Translations under genes and position numbers: made by a program
The notes under the pieces: model-generated
Database searches by the model: none
What the model was told of the DNA's origin: nothing
Seen by the model: only the letters and a program-made list of their open reading frames with translations
Shown here: piece after piece, positions 38,201 to 54,750 of the stretch
Layout: each line of letters begins with the position of its first letter
Position numbering within the stretch: the first letter of the stretch is position 1
Source: the human T2T-CHM13v2.0 reference genome, Homo sapiens
Assembly (NCBI RefSeq): GCF_009914755.1
Contig: NC_060942.1
Strand: one strand, 5' to 3'
DNA: 64,000 nucleotides

Positions 38201-38342
38201 TGACCTTGCCTTGGCCCTCACACTGGCCCTAGCACAGACCTGGCCCTAGCCCTGGCCTTGGCCTGGCATTGACCCCGTTCCTGACCTTGGTCCTGCCATG
38301 GCCCTGGCCCTGGCCCTGAACTGGTTCTACCCTAACCCTGAC
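35225..38342 (+). repeat. Degenerate (CCCTGG/CCCTG) satellite-like array with higher-order duplication
   Basis: 3.1 kb of ccctgg/ccctga/ccttgg/ccctg units with strong C/T skew. 35300-36200 recurs at about 37190-37920. Confidence 0.9.
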
Positions 38343-38629
38343 AGATTACATTAGAATATTATTTAAAATTTTTATTTTAGATTTTTAAGATAACTATAGT
38401 AGTAATAATACATCATATGCTATTTATAATAGTAATAGTATTTGTAGTAGTTAATAATCGCTAAAATTTTAACCAGTACTTTCTTTGCTCCTGGTACTGT
38501 TCTAAGAGTATAGCTGTATAAATTTGTATATATGTGAGGCATTAATTCTCACAATAACTCTATAGGCTGGGTACTTACAGCATCCCCACTTCCAAATGTA
38601 AGAAACAGTCATAAAGAGGTTAAATACTT

Positions 38630-38764
38630 GGCCTGGCGCAGTGGCTCACACCTGTAATCCCAGCACTTTGGGAGGCCAAGGCTGTCGCATCTCTTGAGCT
38701 CAGGAGTTCGGGACCAGCCTGGGCAACATTGTGAAACCCTGTCTCTACTAAAAATGCACAAAAA
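38630..38764 (+). mobile_element. Alu left monomer/FLAM-like
   Basis: ggcctggcgcagtggctcacacctgtaatcccagc...ctctactaaaaat, with no right arm. Confidence 0.85.
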
Positions 38765-38769
38765 TAGGT

Positions 38770-40050
38770 GATTGATTTGTTTACGTTCCTTATAGGATTC
38801 TGGTTATAAAACATTGGTCAGATACACAGTTTGCACACACTTTCTTCCATTCTGTAGCTTGTCTGTTCAGTTGTTTGGTGATGACTTTTGCTCTGAGTCA
38901 GCTCTTCCAGAAGTTTATTAGATTCCACTTGTTAAGCCCTGTTGTTTTGGCGTTGCTGTTGGGAAACTCAGCCGTATCAATTCTTTGCCCAAGCCCATGT
39001 CAAGAAGGGTATTTCTCAGGTTTTCTTGTAGGATTTTTATAGCTCAAGGCCTTCCATTGGCATCCTTCATTTGCCTTGAGTTGATTTTTGTATAGGGTGA
39101 AGGTAAGGGCCCAGGGATATTCCTTTGCACGTGGCTGTGCACTTTCCCAGCACCATTGATTCGATAGAGAGTCCTTTCTGCATGGCTTATCTTCCTGGAT
39201 GTTATCAAAGATCAGGTGGTTTTTGGTGTGTGGGTGTACTTGTGAGTCCTCCTTTCTGTTCCACTGGTCTGTGTGGTGGAAACGGGTCCCTAGCTTTTCC
39301 CTGACACTGGAAATCGGGGAGTGTGATGCATGCGATGGAGTCTGGACGTCTTAGGATTGCTTTGGAAATTTAGGAAATTTCATGGTCTCACGTGAGTTTT
39401 ACCATTGCTTATTCATATTTCTTGAATCGCATTTGCCAAATAGTAAATGATTACACTGTGAGGATAGATTGGGACATGTTGGTCCACGCGTACACTGTGG
39501 AATGATGACATCATGCTATTGAGTGTCTCCATGACCTCATACCGCTGTGAAAATCTCTTTGTGGAGGCCGGGCACAGTGGCTCATGCCTGTAATCCCAGC
39601 ACTTTGGGAGGCCGAGGCAGGCAGATCATGAGGTCAGGAGTTTGAGACCAGCCTGACCAACATGGTGAAACCCCATCTCTACTAAAAATACAAAAATTAG
39701 CCAGGTGTGGTGGTGCGTGCCTGTAATCCCAGCTACTCAGGAGGCTGAGGCAGCAGAATTACTTGAACCTGGGAGGCGAAGGTTGTAGTGAGCCAAGATT
39801 GGCCACTGCACTCCAGCCTGGGTGACTGAGCAAGACTCCGTCTCAAGAAAAAAAAGAAAAAGAAAAAGAAAATTTCTTTCTGATGAGAACATTCTGAATC
39901 CTCCTTTTCAAGCTTTTTGGAAAGAGGTGCAATGATGCCATGAACTGTCATCACTCTGCTGTGGAACAGAAGAGCGGAATTCCTCCCTGTCATCTGAGTG
40001 TTACTTTGTACCTGTTTCTGGTCCCTGTTCAAGTCTTCTCTTCCACCTCC
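38770..40050 (-). mobile_element. Degraded LINE-1 fragments (ORF2 3' part and an older 3' UTR), interrupted by an Alu
   Basis: Antisense L1 phrases (ttccattctgtagcttgtctgttc, gagttgatttttgtatagggtgaagg, ttcccagcaccattgatt). Confidence 0.7.
39566..39872 (+). mobile_element. AluS (AluSg-like)
   Basis: Full Alu dimer with A-rich tail. Confidence 0.95.
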
Positions 40051-40267
40051 CATCTCTGGTAACCAGAGCTGGGGCTCTGCTCTCCTGCCCGGTGGAGCTT
40101 TGACTGATGGAAAGTCTGTCTAGGGACAGGGAGTGGGGTAGAGAAGGAGGCTCCAGGAGGCCCCTGCCCCTGCGCGCAGGCAGAGCAGGCTGTGTTCCAG
40201 GAGCCCGGGCTGATTGAGGAACACAGGTGGATTGGCCAGAGCATGAGGGGTTGGGGAAACGCCTGGC

Positions 40268-41870
<1,603 letters not shown>

Positions 41871-41871
41871 A

Positions 41872-42029
41872 AGGCTAGGGCTAGGGCCAGGTCTGCACTA
41901 GGGCCAGTGTGAGGGCCAAAGCAGGATCAGGGCAGAGCCAAAGGCAGGGCAGGGCAGGGCAGGGTAGAACAGGCCCAGGGTAGCACAGGGCAAAGTTAGG
42001 GCAGAACCAACCAAGGCAGGTCTATGGCT
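41872..42029 (-). repeat. Inverted copy of 38107-38256 (end of the CCCTGG array) fused to the NFKB2 5' end
   Basis: Its reverse complement, agccatagacctgccttggttgg...ggccctcacactggccctagtgcagacctggccctagccc, aligns with 38107-38256. Confidence 0.88.
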
Positions 42030-42075
42030 CTGCGGCTTCCTCCTGAGTCCCTGCCGGGCACTGAAAGCCTGGCTC

Positions 42076-42363
42076 TTTTTTTTTTTTTTTTTTCCAGACG
42101 GAGTCTCGCTTTGTCACCCAGGCTGGAGTGCAGTGGCGTGATCTCGGTTCCCTGAAAGCTCCGCCTCCCAGGTTCACGCCATTCTCCTGCCTCAGCCTCC
42201 CAAGTAGCTGGGACTACAGGCGCCCGGCACCACGACCGGCTAATTTTTTGTATTTTTAGTAGAGACGGGGTTTCACCGTGTTAGCCAGGATGGTCTCGAT
42301 CTTTTGACCTCGTGATCCGCCTGCCTCGGCCTCCCAAAGTGCTGGAATCACAGGCGTGAGCCA
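42076..42363 (-). mobile_element. AluY lacking its first few bases, no TSD seen
   Basis: AluY diagnostics (aagctccgcctcccaggttcacgccattc, accgtgttagccaggatgg). Confidence 0.93.
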
Positions 42364-43000
<637 letters not shown>

Positions 43001-43079
43001 TAAGGGGAACAGGAAGCCGGGAGGAGGCCTGGGGATATGGGAGAAGCCCCTGTTCCTGGTTTCGGGGTAGGGGAGATAC

Positions 43080-44130
43080 GGTGTGGGGTGAAGGCGTGGG
43101 TGGGGTGGAAGTCAGGTGAGGGTGGGTGGGGTGGGGGACTGTGGTGGGGAGTGGCTGGGGGGCGTTGGATGTGATGGGGGACTGTGGTGGGGGTAGAGTT
43201 GGGTGGGGGACTGTGGTAGGAAGTGGAGTTGGGTGGGGGTTGGAAGGGGTGAAGGACTGTGGTGGGGGGTGGGATGTGATGGGGGACTGTGGTGGGGGTA
43301 GAGTTGGGTGAGGGACTGTGGTGGGGAGTGGAGTGAGGGTGGGTTGGGGTGGAGGACTGGTGGGGGGTGGGATGGGGTGGGGGACTGTGGTGGGGGTAGA
43401 GTTGGGTGGGGGACTGTATTAGGAGGTGGAGTTGGGTGGGGTTGGATGGGGTGGAGGACTGGTGGGGGGTGGGATGGGGTGGGGGACTGTGGTGGGGAGT
43501 GGCTGGGGGCGTTGGATGTTGGGGGGACTGTGGTGGGGGTAGAGTTGGGTGGGGGACTGTGGTAGGAAGTGGAGTTGGGTGGGGGTTGGAAGGGGTGAAG
43601 GACTGTGGTGGGGGGTGGGATGTGATGGGGGACTGTGGTGGGGGTAGAGTTGGGTGAGGGACTGTGGTGGGGAGTGGAGTGAGGGTGGGTTGGGGTGGAG
43701 GACTGGTGGGGGGTGGGATGGGGTGGGGGACTGTGGTGGGGGTAGAGTTGGGTGGGGGACTGTATTAGGAGGTGGAGTTGGGTGGGGTTGGATGGGGTGG
43801 AGGACTGGTGGGGGGTGGGATGGGGTGGGGGACTGTGGTGGGGAGTGGCTGGGGGCGTTGGATGTTGGGGGGACTGTGGTGGGGGTAGAGTTGGGTGGGA
43901 GACTGGTGGGAAGTGGAGTTGGGTGGGGGTTGGATGGAGTGCAGGACTGGTGTGGGGGTGGGTGGGGTTGGGGACTGTGGTGGGGGGTAGAGTTGGGTGA
44001 GGGACTGTGGTGGGGAGTCGAGTGGAGTGAGGGTTGGCTGGGGTGGGGGTTGGATGGAGTGAGGGGACTGGTTGGGGGTAGAGTTGGGTAGGATGTGGGT
44101 ACGATGCAAGGGTGGGGGTGGGGGTGGGGT
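43080..44130 (+). repeat. G-rich VNTR in ANKRD62 intron 1
   Basis: ggggactgtggtggggg(g)tagagttgggt units with a near-exact 346-bp higher-order repeat (identical ORF starts at 43308 and 43654). Confidence 0.92.
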
Positions 44131-44237
44131 GAGTGTTGTCACCAAGGGCACTGGGCTTTCTACCCTGGCAGCCTCAGCAGCACCTGGGATGTGGAAACCT
44201 TGCCTTTCTTCACAAGAAAAGTAACTATTTGTTCTGA

Positions 44238-44498
<261 letters not shown>

Positions 44499-44604
44499 TA
44501 AATTCACAGAATAAAATTAATTCACCTCATTGAAATGTGACTAGTTGGTGAATCCTGTGGAAGATTTCCTAGAATTTACAGTCTATTTCTTGGTCTAATA
44601 CTGA

Positions 44605-44784
<180 letters not shown>

Positions 44785-45345
44785 TGATCAACCAATGTTC
44801 TTTTCAAAGTATTTCAAGTATATTTGTTTTACCATTGACATATGATTTTTTTTAGTAAAACATCTGAAACTAGAAGGAAATATATTACGTGCAAATATTT
44901 GCTTTACATACAACTATTTAAAAATACATTCATAACAAATATGAAAACACGAGGTCTGTAGTCTAAATGTGTCCCATAGATTTAGGTTAGTTTACCTCCA
45001 TAAGCTGTGTCAACATGTAAAATTTAGGAAACTCATACACATGTCTAGATTTCAGGCTTCTCTTAAAGGATCACATCTGGATTCCCTTGAGCTCATATCA
45101 CTGTTGAGTATGCTGTGCAGCAGTTATCCCTTTATGTGAGGCATATGTGCTCCAGTCTGCTACTGTGCCTTCCAGACACCCTAGGAGGGGTATCTGAAAG
45201 GGAAGGAGCAACATGTGGGCAAGCACAGTGGAGTGAGAAGGAAGGGATTGCTTTTTATTTACTTTCTGCTTCATGTTTAAGTTCATAGGATCTTAACATA
45301 AGGTTTTCAGTTCAGTTGGGAAGTATGTAATTTTGTGAATTATAA

Positions 45346-45501
<156 letters not shown>

Positions 45502-46790
45502 TAAACCTGAGTGGTGTTCTAGAGTGGTAACAGTCACTTGTCAGAAATATTAAATTGATAAGATTAACTTATTATTATTGGGATAGAGAGAAATACCAGC
45601 AGAAGTCATCAGGTAGAAAAACAATTATTTGGACTGGGCAACATAAAAAATAGTGTATTGCAGGATTTGTCTTCTCTTATTATATTGACTGATGTTTGTT
45701 GATGGATGAGGTGATACTTTGAGTCATATGATCTTAACTAAAGGGATGTCATATTGGTTTTACTTGTTTTAAAAGTGTAGACTTCAACTTTTAGTTTACT
45801 TTGTGACTCAATATTGAAATTTCTTAACTCTTTTATAGTAGTTTCAACCTCTGCTTCTTACATGCTTTTCCTTTAAAAATACTTTGTTAAAGATAAATTA
45901 GAGTTGAAAATCATTTTGTGTTTTGGATGACTCTTTGCTTTAGCTTGCTTTCTCTCAAAAATATTAATGTTAGGTTATTCCTAAGTGACTATTAATTGCT
46001 ATTGCCAGATACTGTGGGTTCATTGGGTTTTTTCTTCTTTTTACTTCTAGTGTATTTTGGTGTTATTTTTAATTAGTATGGGCAGAGGGAAAAAAGCTAG
46101 TTTCAACTGGGTGAACTTTTAATGACTACAAGCCATGGGTGACAATGAGAAAAAAGAGATCGGCTATAGATTCACACAAGACTGGGTTTAATTCTTAGCT
46201 TTTCTGCTTACTAGATGTGTGACCTTGGGAACATTACTTATCACCAAGTGTTTTCCTTTATGAAACAAGAGGATAATACTATATCCTTCAAGGGTGGTTG
46301 TGTATAAGTAATATATGTATATATGGCATTTAATCCAGTGCCTCGCATATGATTATCAGCATTCTTAACTGAAACTACTGTGGCTATTATTAGCATTATT
46401 ATTATTGTTTTAAACCTGCAGATAGCTCTTATTGATCCCACGCTCATTTTGAATTACAATATATTATATCAGACTAGGGAAGAAATGGATAATTTTTCAC
46501 TTAAATTTTTAGCTACTTTAGATAAGTGACCTGAGCATAGTATTCTGCCCATCAAAGGACTTTATTTTATCAACTTCTGCTATGTCATATCCCAGTGGGA
46601 CAAGAGGCTTCCTTGTTGTTCCTTCTGTTTGGCTTTGGTGGCAATTTACAAAGATGAACCCTTGAGCACCCAAGATGTTTGTGTTTATTAGTACATGTAA
46701 TTGGTTAATTCTACATGGGCAGGCATATTAAATTGGTAAAGTTTATAAATTTAGCTTTTAACATAGCTTTGCTAAAGTTCCTAAGCATGA

Positions 46791-46949
<159 letters not shown>

Positions 46950-47597
46950 TAAGTGTTAAAAAGGCTAGTGAACACTAAATTGAGGTTTAAAGTCATTGTA
47001 ACCATTGCATCTTATATATCAAGTGAGATTTCATAGTTTGGTTCAGGTAGTTTTGGAGTGGCAGTGAGTTAGTCCACTTCATCAGCCAGAAATCAAGCAT
47101 AAGACTAGACAAGTTAGAAGTAGCAATGAGTGTAGGATTCTTTAACTCAAGTCTCTTAAGACTTCTATGCTTAGTTATTCTGTGAGTCCCTTGTTTGTCT
47201 TCTCTCTAGCAAATATTAGTTGGGATAGTTCTAAGCTGTTAGAGATGTTCAGATAGTGTTGCAGGAAGATATCAAAGTTTTTTCTTCTTTGTTACCAGAT
47301 TTTTTACCCCAAGCCCCTTTATATCTTATGTAGCAGCTTTTCTTAGATAGAGGAGGGTCCCATGTTGTCCGCAGTGGGCTCCAACTTGTGGTTGGCCCCT
47401 CGAGTGATCTGTTTTCCATAATAATAAAAATCTCCCAGCCCACTTGCTTCTCCACCTCAAGTTTTTAAAATATCTTCAAATATTACCTCATAGGAAGCCA
47501 TTAGTCAGAATTATCTGTCTCAAGTAGGTGAGTTGGACTGAACAGAGCCAAGCTTCATCCATGACTGATCAGCATCCATTTATAAAAGTAGAGCTTT

Positions 47598-47702
47598 GTG
47601 CTTGCTTCGCGGCACATATGCTAAAGTTGGACCAATACAGAGAAAATTAGCATGGCCCCTGCATAAGCATGTCACACTAATCTGTGAAGCAGTCCATATT
47701 TT
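47598..47702 (+). pseudogene. U6 snRNA pseudogene
   Basis: gtgcttgcttcgcggcacatatgctaaagttggaccaatacagagaaaattagcatggcccctg...ccatatttt is full-length U6 with ACAGAGA and many substitutions. Confidence 0.93.
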
Positions 47703-48784
47703 ACACAGTTACAAGAAGGCCATTTGACTAGTTTGCTGACAAGTTCCCGGAAAACAGTGTGAGTCAAAGCAAAACAGGTGCTAGCCAATAATGAAATTAC
47801 ACATTTTCATTACAAAAACATTGGAGTAAGGTATCTATGAAATGAGAATGACGCTGAGTAAACTCGTGGTGTGTTGTGTGCAAATATATTGTTAGTATGT
47901 ATCTCAGAAATGAAAAAATAACCACTTGCATCTCCTTCATGACCCTTCAAAAATATGAGGGTTTTTGTCTTCCATGTCAGTTGGGGATGACCATGGAGAG
48001 GAAGCATCATTCTAACAAAGATCTGCCAGTTCAGAGTTAGAGTCTATAGAGGAAAAATAGTAGTAGTCCAAGCCAGGTCTTGACATCTGTTAGCTTTCTG
48101 CCTTTGGTGTGATTGATGACATAAGTAACAATGGATAATCATGTTATCTATTTTAATGAGACAATCTATTTATCAATTTAGTTACAAACTGTGAAATAGT
48201 TGAGATGTCCTGAATCATAAGCTACAAATAATAGAACAAGTAACAAGCAAAATTAGGACTTAACAACATTTTCAAAAGATCATAACATTTTAATATTAGA
48301 ACATATGTGAAAATACACATTGGGTTTCATTTGGGATTCCAAAATAATTTCAGCAAAAAAGTTCAAGAACAAATTATTCCATTGCTTTACTATTTCTCTG
48401 AGCACCTTAAAATGTGGTTTCATTAAACATTTATAATAACCTAGTGAATAAGGTAGTAAAACCTTCATTCTTTAGAAGAAGACATTGAGCCTAAGAGAAG
48501 AGACTTGTTCAAGAACAAATACCCATTGGTCCTATTATGAGTCAGATCATTTTCCATTATGTCAACTTCACATGAGTTAATTTACTGAGTTATACTGCCT
48601 CACTTCATACTTTTTTCTTCTTTAATTAGAAGCTTAATAAGAGTTTTGTAGAGCTTACAAACTAAAAGTGTATAATTAAAGTTCTGATATTGTTTGATAT
48701 ACTCTTAAGAATTTAATGTATTTGGTAAAGTTTTTCATATCAGTATTAAAATAGTAATTGTATTTACTGCATTTTGATACATAG

Positions 48785-48852
48785 CATTCGTGGAATGATT
48801 TCTGAATATAAAGCAAACAAGAGACGTAAAAGTCTTCAAAATAGCAATTCAG
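48785..48852 (+). CDS. ANKRD62: ANKRD62 exon 6
   Basis: catag|...cag|gtatga, IRGMISEYKANKRRKSLQNSNS, 68 bp. Confidence 0.88.
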
Positions 48853-49241
48853 GTATGACTTCTGATAGTGAATTCCTCTCGATGGTCCTGTCATAGATAA
48901 AAAAGTAAGAGGAAGGAAGTTTTGATCACAAAACAGCAGTTTAAAAAAACCACTGTAAATTGAATGTATATTTTTTAATTACTTTCTTAGTAATCTAGAT
49001 TTCAGAATTATTTAAAAAGTTACTTGTAGGCAAGTTATAATCTCAAGCAGTATTATCTGAAAAAAACTCATTATCGTAGTTTCTGAAATTCTAGATGATA
49101 TTTTTGTGTAAATAAGAAAAAAGATTAAGTTAGTATGTGGTATGTTTTCTTTATAGTCACCTTATGATGAATTGGATTTGTTATAACATTGGATATTTTA
49201 ATTTATAAAACAAATGCTTTGCATTTAGTAAATACATATTA

Positions 49242-49677
49242 CAGCTGAGCCTTGAGTAGTGTGGGATTTAGGGGTACCAGTCCCCCATTCAGTTTGAAAT
49301 CTGTATATAACTCTGGACTCCCCCCTAAAACTTAACTACTCATGACTTATTGTTGACTAGAAACCTTATTGATTATACAGTTAATTAAGACATATTAGTT
49401 ATATGTATTATATACTGTATTGTTACTACAATAAAGTAAACTAGAGAAAAAGAAACTTATAAAGAAAATCATAATGAAGAAAGAATATATTTTTATTCAG
49501 TGGAAAGTGGATCATCATAAAGCTCTTCATCCTCAGAGTCTTCAAGTTGGCTAGGCTGAGGAGGAGTAGGAGGTAGAGGGAGATTGATCTTGCCATCTCA
49601 GGTGGCAGAGGCAGAAGAAAGTCTGCAGATGAGCGGGCCCTTGCAGTTCACACCTGTGTTGTTCAGAGATTAACTCT
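49242..49677. mobile_element. Tigger2a-like DNA transposon remnant
   Basis: ta|cagctgagccttga ... tgttgttcagagattaact imperfect TIRs, with internal Tigger2 phrases. Confidence 0.72.
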
Positions 49678-50349
49678 GACATGGTGATTTGTGTCACTCA
49701 AAAAGTAACTGTCTTTAAAATAAGAATTTCAATGAGACCTTTCTGGTACCATGAACAAACATCAATAAGAACTGTACCAATACCAATAGGATGTTATTTT
49801 TTAAAGATACCTACTGTGTAGAGAAGTCAGAAAATAAATTCCTTATTGAGAAGCACAGGCCGTGTTACATATTCTCATACCAAGAATGTCTCACTAGTAT
49901 TGACTTAATTCCCCCCAAGTGGAAATAAAATGAGATATATTTACTTCGTTAGGGTGAGATTTGTTCTATCTGCTAGTTAATTGTCATGATAATATCAATT
50001 TTGTTAGAAGAAGACACTCTGTTACCATTAGCTAAAATATTATTATAATAATATTCGAATAGCCCAACTCTAGGCTCAGCACATTATAGTAAAAGTACAG
50101 CAACCATTACCAGATCAGACCGGGGGCTGCCTCTTTGAAGTAGGACACATGCTGTGCCACACAGCCCCACAACTTAAAAATACATGTAGGATAATGGTAT
50201 AATTAAGTATGATGTGTTGCATTAAAAATATGCCACAGCACTCTCCCATAAGCTTTGACATTTATCCTCTCAGGATCATGATTTGCTATTCTTAACTGAA
50301 AAACACTTTTTTTTTGCAAGCCATTAGGTTCATTTTGGAATGTGTGTAC

Positions 50350-51670
<1,321 letters not shown>

Positions 51671-52323
51671 CAACCCCCACTTTGTATTTTAGTTATAGTC
51701 GGTTAAAACATAAACTCGCTTTTGAAACCTTAACTGCATGTTTTATGAAACCTGTATTATATAAAACTGTTTGTCTGGGGAAAGAGCCAGAATCAGAGAA
51801 GAGTTTACACAGCTGTTGAAAAATGAAATTTGTCAGAATAGTAGAGGAAGACATTTCAGATATAATGAACGGGGTGTATATGGATGAAGGTATAAGCAGT
51901 AACAGTCATATTGGAAGTTACTCATAATAAGAAGCAGGTTTAGTGTGTTATTATAAAGGTAATATTAGGAAGTAAAGAACAATATGTAGTGTTAGTTTAT
52001 CTGTTAATACTGGATTTTCAAATTTTGTTTTTCTGATGGTTTTGTTCATTTATATTGTTGGGTGGATTCATTTGTGAGCGAATCTTTGAGATGTTGGTCT
52101 ATGGCTTGAATCTGGTGACATCTGGTGTCTTGCCAAGTAGTTTGTTGAAGTTTTGGAGAACTAGAAGTAATTCTTAAGAAGTAGATATATCGCTAAAGAT
52201 TAAGCTTCATTAAAATTCTCAATTTATAGAAGAAAAATATGTTATTTTCTATTTTTATAAAGACTAAAGTTTTTATCTAATTGTTCTAAGTAGTTCATTT
52301 TAACTAAATATATGGATTTGTGA

Positions 52324-52443
<120 letters not shown>

Positions 52444-53558
52444 TAGCATAATCCAAATGAAATTACTTTTGGACTAGCCTTTTAGAATCAATTGAATGTA
52501 ATTTAATAGTTAATTTTAATAACATTTTAACTGTTTATAAAATTTAAAGTGTTCTAAGAATCTACAGTGATTTTACAGCTAATATTACCCTTGGAACTGA
52601 GGCAAAAAGTTCCTGAGTATTGTTTGCTGTTCCATTTTTATAACCTAATATAATAAAGAAGGTAATATCAAATATTGAATTATAATTTTAAGCAATAAAA
52701 ATTATGAATAATTTAACAATGGTGGCTGCTGATTTGGATTCCTGTTAAAGAAGTAATCATTGCCAATGGTCCAAAATTTGCAGTTTTATATTACTGGTGA
52801 CTAATACCAAGATTAAAAATGTATTCTCCATTGTGATCTCTTACTAATTTCAATATCTATGTTCAGGGCAGAATGGGGTCATAAAATCAACCCAACTCTA
52901 CCTATCAAGAGAATCAGACCTTGCAAAATGGCACTTTTGGTGTTTGGGTTCAAGCAAAAATGTTCCCAATTTATTTCAACATAGGAAATCTGCAAATATT
53001 GTTAAATTTTTAAAATCAACTGTCATTTGTGGACCTGAAAATTTATTAGAACTTGACTTAAGCCTATAGTTTATATAGCTATATAACACTATCATATTAC
53101 AGTATATAATTTGAATTAAAATGTAAGAATTTGCTTTTCTTTTGATTGGGGTTGATTTTGACTCCTAATAATTTTAAGTTTGCCTACTCACCGGTTAGTA
53201 ATCTTTGGAAAAAAACACTCAAATGTGCACTATTGGGTATCAGTATTTCCAGTACAGTGAGATAAAATCTTGTTAAGTGAAGATGCCTTTGTACTCCTAA
53301 AAATGATCTCTTATTTTCATTTTTGGTAAATCTATCACACAATGAATTAATGTTACTCCAGACACTGTCAAAGTAAAGTTTGATAGTTTGTGTTTTTCTT
53401 ATATTTTAGGCTTATGCAAACTATTTTTCACTTTTTGGTTACAAGACAGTAATTTGGGATTAGGTAAACATAGATTAAGAAATTTAACAGTTAAATTTTC
53501 ATTTTTTCATACTTCATTATTTAAAGACAAAGTTATCCTTAAAACATATACCCTGACA

Positions 53559-54750
53559 GAAAAGACATCTGACAAACAAAACTCATAATCTTCCACTTTC
53601 ACATCTGCAAAAAATGTCTCAACAAACAGAAGTGAACAAGTATTGTAATAGCATATATCTGTATATACAAGACTCCCTTATGTGCAAAAGTATGAGGAAA
53701 ACGTGGATCAAACAAGACAAATGAGGTGGAAAAAAACTTTAAAACTCATCAAAATTGAGTTAAAGCAGAATTTGGGTGAAATTTGTGAAGAATACAAAAC
53801 TGCTGCCTCGTTTTTAGGAAGAGACACTCCATGATAACTCTACAGGAATAGCAAACTTAAAGAAAATACCCTCAAATTTGACAAATAATGCACCTGATTG
53901 TCAGGAAAAGATGTATCTAGAGTGTTCATCTAATATGTATTCCTAATATTTCCTGTTTAAAAATAGTGCAGCCTCATAAATGTCTTTTGATCTCATTTAT
54001 ACTCTTGGCCTCCAGAATTTGCTTGCCAGTCATCTTCTGATTTTTATTTAAATGAAAATAAAGTATACTGTGAAAATAGTAACAGACCAGACACAGAACA
54101 TGCTTTTAACATAGACTGGGAGAATTTTATAATGACACAAAAAGTACAAAAGCAAGGAACCCAGAAGTAGTTACAATTGAAATAAAAGAAGACCAAGAGT
54201 GTTATAGGTACATGATGAAAAAATCACCAACATAACATTAATTGCAAATTGGACATCAGAAATGTGCCTCAGTTTAGTGATCCAACAAGCCTTTTAGATT
54301 TGTGGCTTACCTGCTCCAGAGAAATTAAGTATGTGAGAAAAAGAAAAAGCGTAGTGTTTCTGTTGTTACAGACACTTAATAAGAATACAAAACCAATTCA
54401 AAACTTGTTCCACAAACCATTATATCATAATTACAGTACAAATAACTATAAAAGAATAGAACTTGGATTAGAAAATGTGCATTCTTCTCCACCACACAGT
54501 GACAGAGCATTAAAAGTACATCTAGAAGAATAGTTACAGCACAATATACAAAGACTTAAGAATGAGGCACGCATATTACAACTAGAGTTCCAGCCCTTGT
54601 GGCTGCTTTCATGGTCTGATGTTGAGTGCCTGCAGCTTTTCCAGGTGCACAGTATGAGCTGTCAGTGGATCTACCTTTTTGGGGTCTGGAAGATGGTCAC
54701 TCTCTTCTCACAGCTCTTCTTAGAAAGAAAAAAGAAAAGTTCAGAAAGAT
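53559..54750 (+). pseudogene. Decayed large exon of the ANKRD26/CCDC144 family inside ANKRD62 intron 7
   Basis: Acceptor ccctgacag|. Fragments EKTSDKQN, IKEDQE and STNNYKRIELGLENVHSSPPHSDRALKVHLEE*LQHNIQRLKNE resemble recalled CCDC144A sequence. Many stops. End approximate. Confidence 0.72.

Noticed and set aside
35162-38221. Many long overlapping ORFs rich in P/W/L/A or G/Q/R
   Set aside because: They are translations of the CCCTGG array, which is poor in stop codons. No protein family is recognisable.
47578-47702. U6 copy as a functional Pol III gene (tttataaaa upstream)
   Set aside because: The TATA-like motif is only ~13-20 bp upstream rather than ~30, and resembles an L1 endonuclease site. 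No PSE was recognised and the body has many substitutions.
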